Part shown: in pieces, positions 23,260 through 35,052 of the stretch | Layout of the letters: every line of letters starts with the position of its first letter | Position numbering within the stretch: the first letter of the stretch is position 1 | NCBI RefSeq assembly: GCF_006345805.1 | Contig: NC_043013.1 | Coordinates: 13,516,001-13,580,000 of the forward strand | DNA length: 64,000 bases | Source of the DNA: Octopus sinensis | Taxonomy: Eukaryota | Reading direction: 5' to 3' | The notes under the pieces: generated by a model | Databases searched by the model: none | Told to the model about the DNA's origin: nothing | The model's input: the letters and a program-made list of their open reading frames with translations, nothing else | Translations under genes and position numbers: made by a program

Positions 23260-24411
23260 CTATACAGCAAATTCTGTTTCAAACCCTTTTTAGACTTGAT
23301 GCACCTGGGGACACATTGCCATGAATTTCAAAATTAGGAGTTACTTAGAGATATCAAATGATTGCCATGGATTAATGTTTAATGAAAAACAAGTGAATTC
23401 TGGAGGCTCTGAGTAAATCAATGAAGGATAACATGACAATATATCTCGAAAAAGTAGAGTAGCCTTTGGTATCAAGTGGCTTCCATCAGACCCAACCAGT
23501 GATCCCAAAAAGGAAGAAGAATTAATGAAATCTATGCCTGCCTTAATTGGATCACTTTAAAACAAAATAAAATCTTTAAAGTGCTTAGAAACATGAGAGC
23601 TAATCTTTCAGGGAGATCAACTGTCTCATCTAGGGGAAACTGTAATAAAAATAAAACAAAATAGTAAACCCAAATTTAAAAAGGAAATCATTGTTATCTG
23701 AAAAACAAGAAAAAGTTAGGGGGAACACTGAGATTAAAAAAACATTTCTGACTGGAGGGAATAAGAACAGGAAATGATGAGAAGTAGCAAATAGATGAAT
23801 CACTCAATTAGCCACATTAAGAGAAGGGACAAGAAGGGAAGTTAGGGAGTTAGGGAAAAAATGACAATGGGAGAAAAGAGATAAGGAAGTCATATCACAA
23901 TGATAAAGTGAGGTTGGAGTTTAGCTACCAAAACAGGACCAATAACGTCAGAAACATGCTTTAAAGTCATGAGGAGGGAGGAATAGCAACTGGGACACCG
24001 GCCCAAATGTGACGATAGCATCCTAGACAAAGTTTAACCAATATGTACAACAATGAGGAATACATTTGGAGAAAACATAATGATAGGAACAATAAGAGAA
24101 CAAAACTTCATAGAGAAAATCCAGACATGTTCAAACTCATTGTGACTTTATTAGCAAAGCAGTGACACCACTGAGCCGGTCAACATTGGAATAAAAGAAT
24201 CATTCAGTAAATGTTGATTGGATACCATAGAAAAATAGAATTGCTTAGGTCTTAAATATTAAAATAATTTAACTAAAACCTATAAAAGATCGGTTCCATA
24301 TTAAAGGGAGACATTTGATATGATGTATGTGTCATTTAACAAGGAATTCTCAATAATATTTCATCTCTGTTCTGTATGATATGTTTAGATTTCTCAGTAA
24401 TAACAACTTAC

Positions 24412-24587
24412 CTGGGATTTTCTCTTGTGAAATAGTATGTTCTAACTTTTTTCTGAATTCAATTATTTCTCCAAAATTGTCTTTGGTACCATCATCAACA
24501 AGGATAAAATGTGAATGATTAGGATCCAATGCATACTTTTCTTCTTTTAGAATTAGTTTGTATGGAATAGTCTGCAGGCCACGATCC
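24412..24587 (-). CDS. TRPM: TRPM-like channel exon (SLOG), paralog B; contains +1 frameshift
   Basis: AG/GT-bounded, 176 nt. GSWPADYSIQTNS in frame 1, then KEEKYALDPNHSHFILVDDGTKDNFGEIIEFRKKLEHTISQEKIP after a +1 shift at the A4 run 24545-24548. Homologous to exon 3753-3912. Confidence 0.9.
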
Positions 24588-25289
24588 CTAGAAATCAAAT
24601 CAATATTTTAATTGTATTACATATTATAAAAACCATTGTCACAAAAATAAAATGGTGTTTGTTTGTTCTGATACAGAAAAATATACAGCTAAGAGAGATG
24701 GGGGGAGTAACAAAGAGCAGGGAAAGTGGGAAAAAGAGAAAGAGAGAGATAGCTTTGGAAATAGGGAGAGAAAGTATCAGAATATGGATTGTGTTATACT
24801 GAATGTGTTAGGGAGATTTTAATGTTACAAGACATAAAAAAAAAAGAACACTAATGAATTGGTATACAGATGCATAATGACACTCCATACACATAACAAC
24901 ACACATAGACAGGCGAATACTGAAGCATAAAACAACAAACAAAATAACACACACCAGCTAAAACCGAGGAGGGAGGACCAATTGAAGAAATAACAAAAGT
25001 AGAAGAACTAAACATCACGCAGTCGATAAATATAGACCAGCGTAAACGTCTCCCCTGGCTACAGGAAAATAAAAATCTCTATGAAAGGAAGTGGATTTTC
25101 ACTTGAAAAATGAAATTGCGAGTGGAGAGGGAAGTTCTGTCCTTGAGTGAGTGTATTTGAAAGGTGGGTGAAAGTTGCAAAAATGGCAAGAGTGGATGGT
25201 ACCTCTCTCAGTGTAGACCTGTAAGTCGGAGTGGGCACTTGCTCTTGGTGTTCGGGGAAATTTCGGACAGTGCGGTTCCTCGATTATGC

Positions 25290-26260
25290 CTATAAGTTCT
25301 CCTGTAACAGGAGGGCACCCACAAGCATTTAAGAAACAAAATGAAAAAAGAGTACACAACTGGAAAATGAAACCGTTGCATGGGCAATACCTCAGAGAAA
25401 TCGAAGGAAAAGACAAGATCAATACTTACAGATGGTTAAGAAAAAGTGATCTGAAAGGATGCAGTGAGGCATTTATATGTAGCACCTAGGAACAAGCTCT
25501 GAGAACTAATTACACCAAATTCCGAACCGCCTCTTTTTAGGATGTGTGCAAGCGAAAACGAAACAATCTCACATATTGTGAGTGAGTGTAGCAAGCTGTC
25601 TCAAAAGCACTACAAAAGGAGGCACGATAATGTGGCTAAGTTTGTCTCCTGGACGCTATGTGAAAAGTGCGACCTGAACTGAATACGGAAATGATACGAA
25701 CATGAACCAGAAGTAGTCACTGAGAACAAGGAACATAAGATACTGTGAGATTTTACGATCCAATGTGATTCCTTGATCAAGGCTCGGAGACCAGATATTG
25801 TTGTGGTAGATAAAGGGAAAAAGGAAACCAAGATTATAGATATTGCAATACCCGGAGATGCACGCATAAGTGACAAAGAACTAGAAAAGATTGAAAAGTA
25901 CAGACTTCTAAAAGACGAAATTGCGAGAATATAGACTACGAGGAGAGTGTCTGTCATTCCAGTAGTTTTAAGGGCACTCCGAGCACTAACAACCAAGTTC
26001 GAGAAATATGTCAAAGAAATCGGAATTGACATGAGAGCAGAGCAAGGCCAAAAAACTGATCTACTGGGGACAGGTAGGATTTTGAGATTGGTACTTGTAT
26101 ATTGAAAGTTTCCTACAATAATTAACAACCAAGTATCATATAATGTGCAGAAAGAGATTTTGTGAGATCTCTGACTGCAGGCTGCTGTCTTCTCTCATAG
26201 AATCTACCAGAACAAACGAGACTGAACGTTCTGAGAAGTAAAGCAATGATAATAATAATC
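25290..26260 (+). mobile_element. R4/Dong-like LINE 3' part (zinc knuckle and restriction-like endonuclease)
   Basis: LHGQYLRE, ETISHIVSEC, YKRRHDNVAK, RRPDIVVVDK, IIDIAIPGD, EKIEKY; 3' UTR ends in a short (AAT)n. Confidence 0.88.
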
Positions 26261-26569
26261 TGAATAACAGAGAGTTCCGCACTCAAATACAGAGAATTCC
26301 GCGTTGAATATCAGAAATTGTCACCATTTTATTTTTTATTTTTTTGCTTTCGCTTATGTGCATTGTTCGTTTTTGATTTTGTCGACTACACACTATAGTA
26401 GGGTCAGTTGGGCACAGTCTGTGAGTAAAGCAGCACCATGACGCAATTCACTATGCCAAACATTTGGAAATGACAAACTGTATTGCTTGGCATTCGCGCT
26501 GGAAGCTCCAATACGAATATTTCAGATTGTTTGGGTGTCAATCTGAGGACAGTGCAATTTGATATGTAC

Positions 26570-27020
26570 CGAGTGAGATGAAAATCAAACATCCCCTCAA
26601 CATCATAGTGTTTGGTGTAATCACTAGTGATGGCGACATTATGCCTCCATTCATCTTCCCACATGGCTCCAGACTCAGTACAGAGCCCTACATAAAGTGC
26701 TTGGAGGACGTAGTGCTGCCCTAGGTCAAGAGGGTGGCTGCTGGAAGACCTCATGTCTGGCAACAGGACTCTGCACCATACCACACAAGCTGTAGAACCC
26801 AGTCATGGATATCAGACAATTTCCGCAACCACATCACACTTAACATCTGGTTACCTAACTTCCCAGACAGCAACCCGCTTCATTATTATGTGCGGGGCGC
26901 AGTTGAGTAAGAGACCAATGAAACTTCTTGTGACACCAAAAATGAACTGAAAGCAAGGAGTATGGCAGTATTCACCAACGTAAACAAAACGACTGGCCTG
27001 AAGAATTGCAGTGAGTGGTT
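26570..27020 (+). mobile_element. Tc1/mariner (maT/DD37D-like) transposase remnant
   Basis: KHPLNIIVFGVITSDGDIMPPFIFP, VWQQDSAPYHT, WLPNFPDSNPLHYYV.GAVE. Confidence 0.8.
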
Positions 27021-27138
27021 CATCTATATAATAAATTTACTCTTTAGCATTTCAAGATATTTTAATGAAAGTTTGTTAAAATATCTGTTAAAACGAGATG
27101 CGAGTGTTGTTTTCATTTGTGCGCAATTTAGAGGCCCC

Positions 27139-27179
<41 letters not shown>

Positions 27180-28704
27180 CATACATACATACATACATAC
27201 ATACATACATACACAAATTTAGAATCCATACTGCAGCGTGACAGCTGCAGTACTTTGTTCACTAGGTTAGCGATTTCAATTCTAGTCGTATGCACTATTC
27301 TCTAAAATAGAAAATGTATTAAGATTTGTAACACTGGTCTCAGTGTAGTCGTATCATAGCATAATGATACTATAGAATGTCTTTGATTTCATTACACTGT
27401 TAAGATTATTTAAATCTTTAAACCTTTCAATAACTTTAAAATAGTTTTATGATATTGTCACTAGACAAAAGCGAAGAACGTTAAACCAGTGATTCCTCAT
27501 GAACAAGTGCGTATAGCTTTTTCTACGAAGTTTTTACTTTCTGACGTAAGGACAAAAATAAAAGAAAGTAACTCCTAAAGATGAAGAGATAACAATTCTA
27601 TAAGAAAGAATATTGTTTTCCCTAAGAGAACTTTACACAAATCCGAGAAATAATTGCTTCAGAAAACATAATGCAAAGAAATTATGTATTTTCACAATCT
27701 TTAGTTTTAAAATAACCAGGGAAGATCCATGGATATGGCTGCTCATTTATATTGACTTTCTGCGGATCTTACACTACTCATTTGCTATAAGGTGATTTAA
27801 TCCAAATCTCACACAACCTCAGGGTATCTTTTTCTCTATGTTGTGATAGTCACGTTTTGTATTTTCGTTATTATTATATTTTTAGCTTGGGGAAAGGGAA
27901 AAAAGTGAAGTATTCAGGATATTTGCAGAATTTTTGAAACAACTGGTGGTGGAAACATAGTAAAAACCTATAACCCATGTGTTGTCTTTAACCACTACTT
28001 CGATTCACGTAAATAATTCAACTGGATATCAGAGTCAGCAAAGCACGAAAGACTCCCAGAACCAGGCTCTTGGCAAGAGATCTCTGCTATATAACCACAT
28101 CAAATCTTAATCTCTGTCAAATAGTTACACTGCACAAAGCATGAAACAATAAGTTTAATGTTGAGTTATATCCATTGCAAACAAACTCTAGCCAAATCCA
28201 GAAACTAGATCAAAATGTCAAGCAAGAAATCAAGATGATTGATAATCTTTGAGAAGTGATGGAATATTGCCAAATTGATATATTTTTTCTTGATAAGCAA
28301 AAAAAAAAAAAAAAAACTGAGGCAATGTAGAACATAGTATTTTCCCCAGAAACAATGAAACAGAACTCATTCTCTATGATCAGGTAGTCAAATATCTCAT
28401 TCACTCGGCCATTTACTTTTTCGTTTCAAATAAAATAGAAAAAAATAATACACACACGAAAGTCAAGAACCCTTGAAAATATTACTTCTCTTATCACAAA
28501 ATTAGCAATGTATCATAAATGGAAATCATATGGATTTTTCTTTATGTCTTGATGTAATTTAATAATTAAATGTTACCATTTTATAATTAATATTGAACTT
28601 TCAAACACCAACAGTAAAATGATATAAATCAATACTTAATGTTAATATGGAGAAAGGATATATAAGAGGTTAAAAAAAGGAAAATAACTGAAACAGAAAT
28701 TTAC

Positions 28705-28867
28705 CTCCTTATCCACTAGGGATTTTTCCTCAGTACACAGTTCCATGGTGCAATACCAAGAGTTGTCACTTCATTCATGGCATCCACTTTATTTTCCTTA
28801 TTATGCATAACTTTCCCAATATATTTCGCAACTCCAGTATGTAAGCCTTCAGTTATGATCCAAGCAT
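28705..28867 (-). CDS. TRPM: TRPM-like channel exon, paralog B; contains -1 frameshift / in-frame TAG
   Basis: AG/GT-bounded, 163 nt: (D)AWIITEGLHTGVAKYIGKVMHN...VTTLGIAPWNCVLRKNP* (TAG 28716-28718). AWI.T.G...GV...G...GIAPW is the TRPM SLOG signature; the shifted frame gives KSLVDKE up to the donor. Confidence 0.9.
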
Positions 28868-29784
28868 CTGCAAAACAAGAGATCAAGAATTATATTCAAA
28901 TATTGATTTCTTATTCTAAAACTACTGTAGATTTTTGCACAAAATACCTTCTGGTATTTAGTTATATTCCTTCACATTCTGACTTCACACAAAATGGTTG
29001 AATTTCCTTTGTCCATGTAAACTTGATGAAATAGGCACCAGTCACTAACTGGAGGTGATTCAAATATTGATACATTTCTCATTATAGAAACAAAGATATG
29101 ATGAACTAAATGAAACTCAATTATTAATTTTTCAATGAATCCTTGACAAGACATATAAATCAAAAATACAACCCAAGTAGAATTTGAACTCATAACGGAA
29201 AGAACCAAAACCTAAATACAACAATATACTTCATTCAGCCCTTTTCAGCTATAATCATCAGCACCCTGCATTTTTTATTCCATATTGCTAACTTGAAATG
29301 TGTTTTGTTAGAGAGCAAGAGTAAAGTCTTAGATGGAAGTGTGACTTGGTTTCACTTATTGGCTCAAGTCTAGTAATGCTCTGAAATAGTACATGACTGT
29401 CACTCTTTCCATTTCACAATTCCTCGAGTAACCTTTACATGGTCACTGGACCTTCAGAAAATAGCAATTATATCTCCTCCCTCTCTCCCTACTGTCTTTG
29501 AAAAGGAGAGAACACATTGAAGGAAATAGTCTGAAAAACCCTTTATAAGTTGGGATGGTCATTGCTGGAATGATTTTCAACATAGGTTTGTTCATTTAAG
29601 CTTTGTCAGTACACCCGCCTGTGTTAGTGAGGAGAGGTGGCCCTGAGGAGGAAGGACTCAGACAAGGAGGGTGTAGTCAATAAATTTAGATATTCACAGA
29701 GAGATTGATGCAAGATACAGATAGTGTATCAGGAATACTCAAACCTGTGTAGTTCTTGAGGGATCTATCTATAACAACTTTTGC

Positions 29785-30220
29785 CTCATACATCGTTCCA
29801 CAGATGGAACGACTCAACACGGCTATTCATGAGAAAAGACCGAATCGGCAGCATGGAGTTCTTCTGCTGCACGACAACACCCGCCCTCATATCGCCAATA
29901 TGACCAAGGAAGTCATTCAAACGCATGGCTGGGAAGTACTGCCACACCCGCCGTACTCTCCTGATTTGGTACCAACAGATTTCCACGTCTTTTGGAGTTT
30001 CGTTCAATAGTGATGCAGAAATGAGAGCTTGGTTGGATCAATGTTTCGAATCGAAATCGGGTAATTTCTACCAAGGAGGTATTGAAAATCATGTTGAAAG
30101 TTGGAAAGAAGTTGCAAATAACAAGGGTGAATACATTATTGATTAATTAGTTGTAATTTTTTATTAAACCTTTTAAAAAATTTTAATTTAAAAAAATGGC
30201 GGGAACTCAGTTCCATCTAA
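29785..30220 (+). mobile_element. mariner transposase C-terminal remnant with putative 3' terminal repeat
   Basis: LLLHDNTRPHIA, GWEVLPHPPYSPDLVPTDFHVF, FYQGGIE...WKEV.NNKGEYIID*. Confidence 0.9.
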
Positions 30221-30599
30221 TCACAGCTGAAGTGTAGTAATAGATGATGAAATAGTAAGACATGTGAATCAATAAACTTATGTTGGACAAATACTGATAA
30301 ACATTTTTAAATATTGAACAATTGGGATGAGCGTCCTTTGGTAAATTGAATCACATCGTGAGTAGTAACGTGTCCATGTGTGTAAAAAAAGATCTTCAAC
30401 TAGTGTGTGCTACTGGGCTAACCACAAGAACATTGGAAATAAATTTATATCAACACAAAGACCCATGGAAAGGAGAATGCTGAAGGCTAACAATATGGAT
30501 AAGTGAACAAACAATAGGATAAGAGCTACAACAGGATTAACGGGTATCATCTGGAAAATAAAAACTCTGAAACGCCTGTTGTACTCTTTCGCTCCAACT

Positions 30600-32030
30600 T
30601 TCTCTTCACTCTTTCTTCCTGTTTCTTGTCCCCGACTTCCTACGCAACCGCTGAGCCTGGATGCGCATTCACCCATCCATCGATGCTCTCGGTGTCGGGA
30701 GTTGACCTGCCTTTTCTTCTGCGGGTCTTACGAATAGCAAAGGACTATGTTTCGGACTTCTCCCACTACAGGACGAAGACCGCTTCGCTCAACAAACAAA
30801 CAAAGAAACAGCAGCAGCACAAGCGGCAGAAACAACAATAATAGTAACTATATCAACAACAACATCAGCAGCATGAACAAGATTGATAATAACAACAGTA
30901 ACATAAACAACTACATTGAAAACAACAGCAATAACAAAAAGACCAATACATCTGCCAATGGCAACTGTGTAAAAAAACAACAGCAACAACAATAACATAA
31001 GGACTCACAACAACGCTTTATCTTTTTTGGGAGCAGTAATCTAGTGGACCGTCCATTCGGTTGAAGATTTGAAAAATAAAGCACAGCAATACCAAAGTGA
31101 CATTTCGCAACCAGTGAGGATTAAAAAGAAAACCTACCGAGCGACAAAGAATTGTCTGCCAATATGTTTCTCGCAAAGAGAGGAAACTTAAATTTCCTAC
31201 TCCAGCAGAGACCAAAAGACGACTGCAAGAACTGTGCCCCCCCCCCAATACTACACATATGCAACAGTATGCACTACGGGACGTTAGCTGTTATATGTAG
31301 CACTGAGCAAGAAGCCAGAAAAATGGTTACTATAGCCTGCACGTTCCAAGCTTTTGTGATGATTCCCGTTACATGAATAAATGGTTGACTCGTATTCGAG
31401 TCAAGAACCGATTCACCGTGATCCGGCGAGAGATTTAGGAGGAGCATGGGGAGATGGTGAAGGTGAAGTCCACCTTACAACTCAATAGATATGGAAATCT
31501 GATGCAATTCCAGATATTAGTTTCTTCATAGGAAATAAATCTTACTCATGATTTTTCTGTGCCGGGAAATGCGAACAGATGCCCGTTTATATAGAAGCGA
31601 AAGAAATGAAGTGTTCTAGGTGTGTGTATACGAACCACCTCAAAGCCTTTTGCCCCGTAGAGGAATAAGCACGAATATCTCCGCTGTTATTACCAACTCT
31701 TCAAGGTATGAACAAAGCTATTATCTCACATATGACTCCTTCGTCCTACTAAGTCCTCTTAAAAGCAAAGACTTCATTGACATCGCACCAAAAAGTCTTT
31801 GTCGCAGATAAGAGAAAAAAAAACTGAATCTGAAGCAAACGGAGAACAGTCCAAATTGAAGGCCCTAAGACATGACTGTAAACATCAAAATCCGTCACAA
31901 CACTGATTAAAAAACAAATCAACGCCAACATCAACACCTTCATCACAAGGAAACCAATTTTTAAAACACGTTCACAACCGCAAAAAAAACACGAAAACAA
32001 AAAAAAAAACAACTGACAAATTGACCAACA
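30600..32030 (+). mobile_element. degraded gag-like ORF1 of a non-LTR element (L1/Tx1-like) with CCHC zinc knuckle
   Basis: N/Q-rich low-complexity start, then frameshifted HYGTLAVIC...TRIRV..., and KCSRCVYTNHLKAFCP (CX2CX4HX4C, 31612-31653). No ORF2 recognised downstream. Confidence 0.55.
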
Positions 32031-32069
32031 GTCACACGCTCAGATACGTACGCCCTTCATCAACGTCAC

Positions 32070-32473
32070 TGTTGTTCAGAAGAGCAACACTAAATTTATT
32101 GTTGAAGAAGTAATTGATGACATTAAACAAGTAATTGAAGAAGTAATTGATTTTGTATTCGTGTTGTGCCATACTGTTTCACCCCCCTCACCACACATTC
32201 TACGCTTCTCACTGTCGATGGTGCTGTCTATTCTGCACTTCACATACTTGGTCCTTAACGCATGTTCTTGAGCTGCAAACATGAGTGCTTCTGTCTCTAT
32301 TTTCAGGTCAATCCTCCTCATCCACAGCCACCGGTCCTCTGTATCTGTCTTGGCGTTCATATCTCTGGAAACTGACCGTACAGTTTTTCATTCCATGTTT
32401 TTTCTTATTCATTTCTTCTTTAAATTTTTCTTTCATTACACGATTTTCAGTTTTGATGACACCACCCTCCTTC

Positions 32474-32475
<2 letters not shown>
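32070..32475 (-). mobile_element. R4/Dong-like LINE fragment
   Basis: WLWMRRIDLKIETEALMFAAQEHALRTKYVKCRID...RMCGEGGETVWH; the 5' end abuts an (AAT)n run. Confidence 0.85.
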
Positions 32476-32513
<38 letters not shown>

Positions 32514-32519
32514 GACATC

Positions 32520-32710
32520 GAGCTGACTGCATAGCGGCATTTGGTTCCTATTTATGTTCTGATTTCAAATTTTGCTGGGGTCGACTTTGCCTTTCATTGT
32601 TTCGGGGTGGATTAATTAAATACCAGTGAAACATGGGCTTGATGTAACAGGCTAGTCCCTTCCCTCAAAATTTCAGGCCTTGTGCCTATTGTGGAAAGGA
32701 TTGTTATTAC
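32520..32710 (+). mobile_element. SINE fragment
   Basis: ggggtcgactttgcctttcat...accagtg core; homologous to the inverted copy at 56590-56800; (TTA)n-like tail. Confidence 0.65.
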
Positions 32711-32739
32711 TTTTATTATTGCTATTATTATTATAATCT

Positions 32740-33240
32740 TCTTTCGATTCTGTTTCAATTTCTTGCCGAGTTTCTTCCTGATACTCAGAGCAGAGAAACG
32801 CACTGTATACATTGGTAGGCTATTAAAATAATGACACTGTTTGTCAAGTCACAACAAGGACCTCAGACAGACAGTACTTTACGCAATATTCATCCATTTC
32901 CAAGTAATGCCGACTTTTGCAATACACCGAGATTGTTGGGTATTTAAAAGTTTTTCAGATATTTTTTGACAACAGGAGTAACCTTTATGTTTGACTCTCG
33001 TAGCTGCCACATCTTAGCGACATCAATTCTCAGGTCTCCATATTTATCAACTTTTTCTCTTTTTCATGATGATGTGTTGATCTCTTGGCACTGCTACGTC
33101 GATTATTAAGCACTCTTGTTTGTCCTTCCTATATCCGGCCTTCAGTGCTGTAACACCTTGTCTGTCTGCAAATCAAAGTTCCCCTTATCGTCCATTACCT
33201 TTTCTGGTGTATGTTGGCACCAAGCACCCGTAGCCTCATA
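32740..33240 (-). mobile_element. R4/Dong-like LINE 3' end (RLE domain and 3' UTR)
   Basis: PEKVMDDKGNFD..TDKV..H*RPDI, IDVAV, EKVDKY.DLRI.V. Confidence 0.75.
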
Positions 33241-33277
33241 TCCTTACTTACGACATAGTAGCCAGTGGAGGCTATTT

Positions 33278-33579
33278 TGTTTGTTCCTTTTTCGAGCCAT
33301 GCCTGGTTCATAAGGGCCGGTTTCCCGGTTTCCTTGTTGTATAGGTTCCCCACCTGGACAGGACGCCGGTCCATCGCAGATGAGCTGCAAGATGCAGGAG
33401 GAAAGAGCGAGAGAAAGTTGTGGCGAAAGAGTCAGCAGAGGTTCGTCATTACCTTCTGCCGGAGTCGCGTGGAGCTTAGGTGTTTTGCTCATAAACACAC
33501 ACATCGCCCGGTCTGAGATTCGAACCTTCGATCCCTCGACCGCAAGTCCGCTGTTCTAACCACTAGGTCATGTGCTCCA
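33278..33579 (-). mobile_element. tRNA-derived SINE
   Basis: Head ggagcacatgacctagtggttagaacagcggacttgcggtcgagggatcgaaggttcgaatc with A/B boxes but no tRNA 3' end; the same head occurs at 62844. Confidence 0.8.
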
Positions 33580-33699
33580 GCAGTGGAGGCTATGGGCTAC
33601 TTTGTCATATCTATGCTTGTACTCTTTCTGTGCAAGACTTTCACAAGCACTAACAATGTGAGTCACACTTTGACACATTCTCTTCCCACATATTCAGCA

Positions 33700-33750
<51 letters not shown>

Positions 33751-33764
33751 ATAAAACTTTATAC

Positions 33765-33942
33765 CTATGGTTCTTGCTGCTTTGTATAAACCACGCCCAA
33801 CAGCTTCAGTATGTGGGTTCAACTGAATGTCTTCTCTTCCCCCAATCACAGAAATAAGCAAACTTGGTAAACGAATATTCCATGTAAATCTTATCAAACA
33901 CATCATAATTTCCATAGGGGTTTGGTGATCCACACGAACAAA
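33765..33942 (-). CDS. TRPM: TRPM-like channel exon, paralog B
   Basis: AG/GT-bounded 178-nt exon (phase 0 to 1): FVRVDHQTPMEIMMCLIRFTWNIRLPSLLISVIGGREDIQLNPHTEAVGRGLYKAARTI, matching TRPM YVRV...W.L..P.LLISV.GG...GL.KAA. Confidence 0.92.
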
Positions 33943-34229
33943 CTGTATGTAGAAAAAAGAAACATTGTATTAATGTAACCTAATGTTTAATAAAATGGAA
34001 AAAAAATTCAGTTACTGATAATTTGGTGAATAAATTTATTGTGCAGAGTTATTGCTTGTATCCATAATATAGAGAACTAACAATAAATATTTGAAAAGTT
34101 AGAGGTTTCTCCTGTCACAGATGAAATCAAGAAAATTCAAGCAACAATTTCAATGAATATTATCCACAGATGTTATTGTAATAATTACTTATTATAATAT
34201 GTTTAATATCTTATGTTAAATATCTTCTA

Positions 34230-34436
34230 TACTCTTACTCTTTTACTTGTTTCAGTCATTTGACTGCGGCCATGCTGAAGCACCGCCTTTAGTCGAGCAA
34301 ATCGACCCCGGGACTTATTGTTTGTAAGCCCAGTACTTATTCTATCGGTCTCTTTTTGCCGAACCGCTAAGTGACGGGGACGTAAACACACCAGCATCGG
34401 TTGTCAAGCAATGCTAGGGGGACAAACACAGGCACA

Positions 34437-34488
<52 letters not shown>

Positions 34489-34660
34489 CATATATACGAC
34501 AGGCTTCTTTCAGTTTCCGTCTACCAAATCCACTCACATGGCATTGGTTGGCCCGGGGCTATAGCAGAAGACACTTGCCCAAGGTGCCACGCAGTGGGAC
34601 TGAACCCGGAACCAAGTGGTTGGTAAGCAAGCTACTTACCACACAGCCACTCCTACGCCT
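34230..34660 (-). mobile_element. tRNA-derived SINE with internal (CA)n
   Basis: Head ggcgtaggagtggctgtgtggtaag...ccgggttcagtcccactgcgtggcaccttgggcaagtgtcttc; tail cagtcaaatgactgaaacaagtaaaagag; partial copy at 56953-57240. Confidence 0.85.
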
Positions 34661-35018
34661 ATATTGCAACACTTTTGAATTTTTCTATCATACATAGAGT
34701 TTAGCCATAAATATAAAACTTAGAATTAGTGATTTCTTTAAACAATTCTTTACAAGAAAATATTATGTTATCTCTCTCCTGTTTTGTAATACTTTTTTCA
34801 ATCATTCCGTCACAACAGAGTAAATTTCGAATATCAATGTCATATGCAGCTCAGAATTAGTAAAATTCACTCCAGTTTAATATAATTCATAACATCACAA
34901 GAGTAAAATAGACTATTGCCCAAGTTGTACGCATGCAAGCGTGTGTGCATGCGTGCGTATGTGTACGCACGCACATCAGTACATACACACATATATTCAT
35001 ACACAGACACATAATTCA

Positions 35019-35049
<31 letters not shown>

Positions 35050-35052
<3 letters not shown>

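Noticed and set aside
23300-24200. Possible old LINE remnant or further TRPM exon
   Set aside because: No convincing motifs or splice-bounded open frame by eye.
28972-29208. 78-aa ORF next to a TRPM exon as an extra exon
   Set aside because: No TRPM similarity, and the flanking exons already splice in phase without it.
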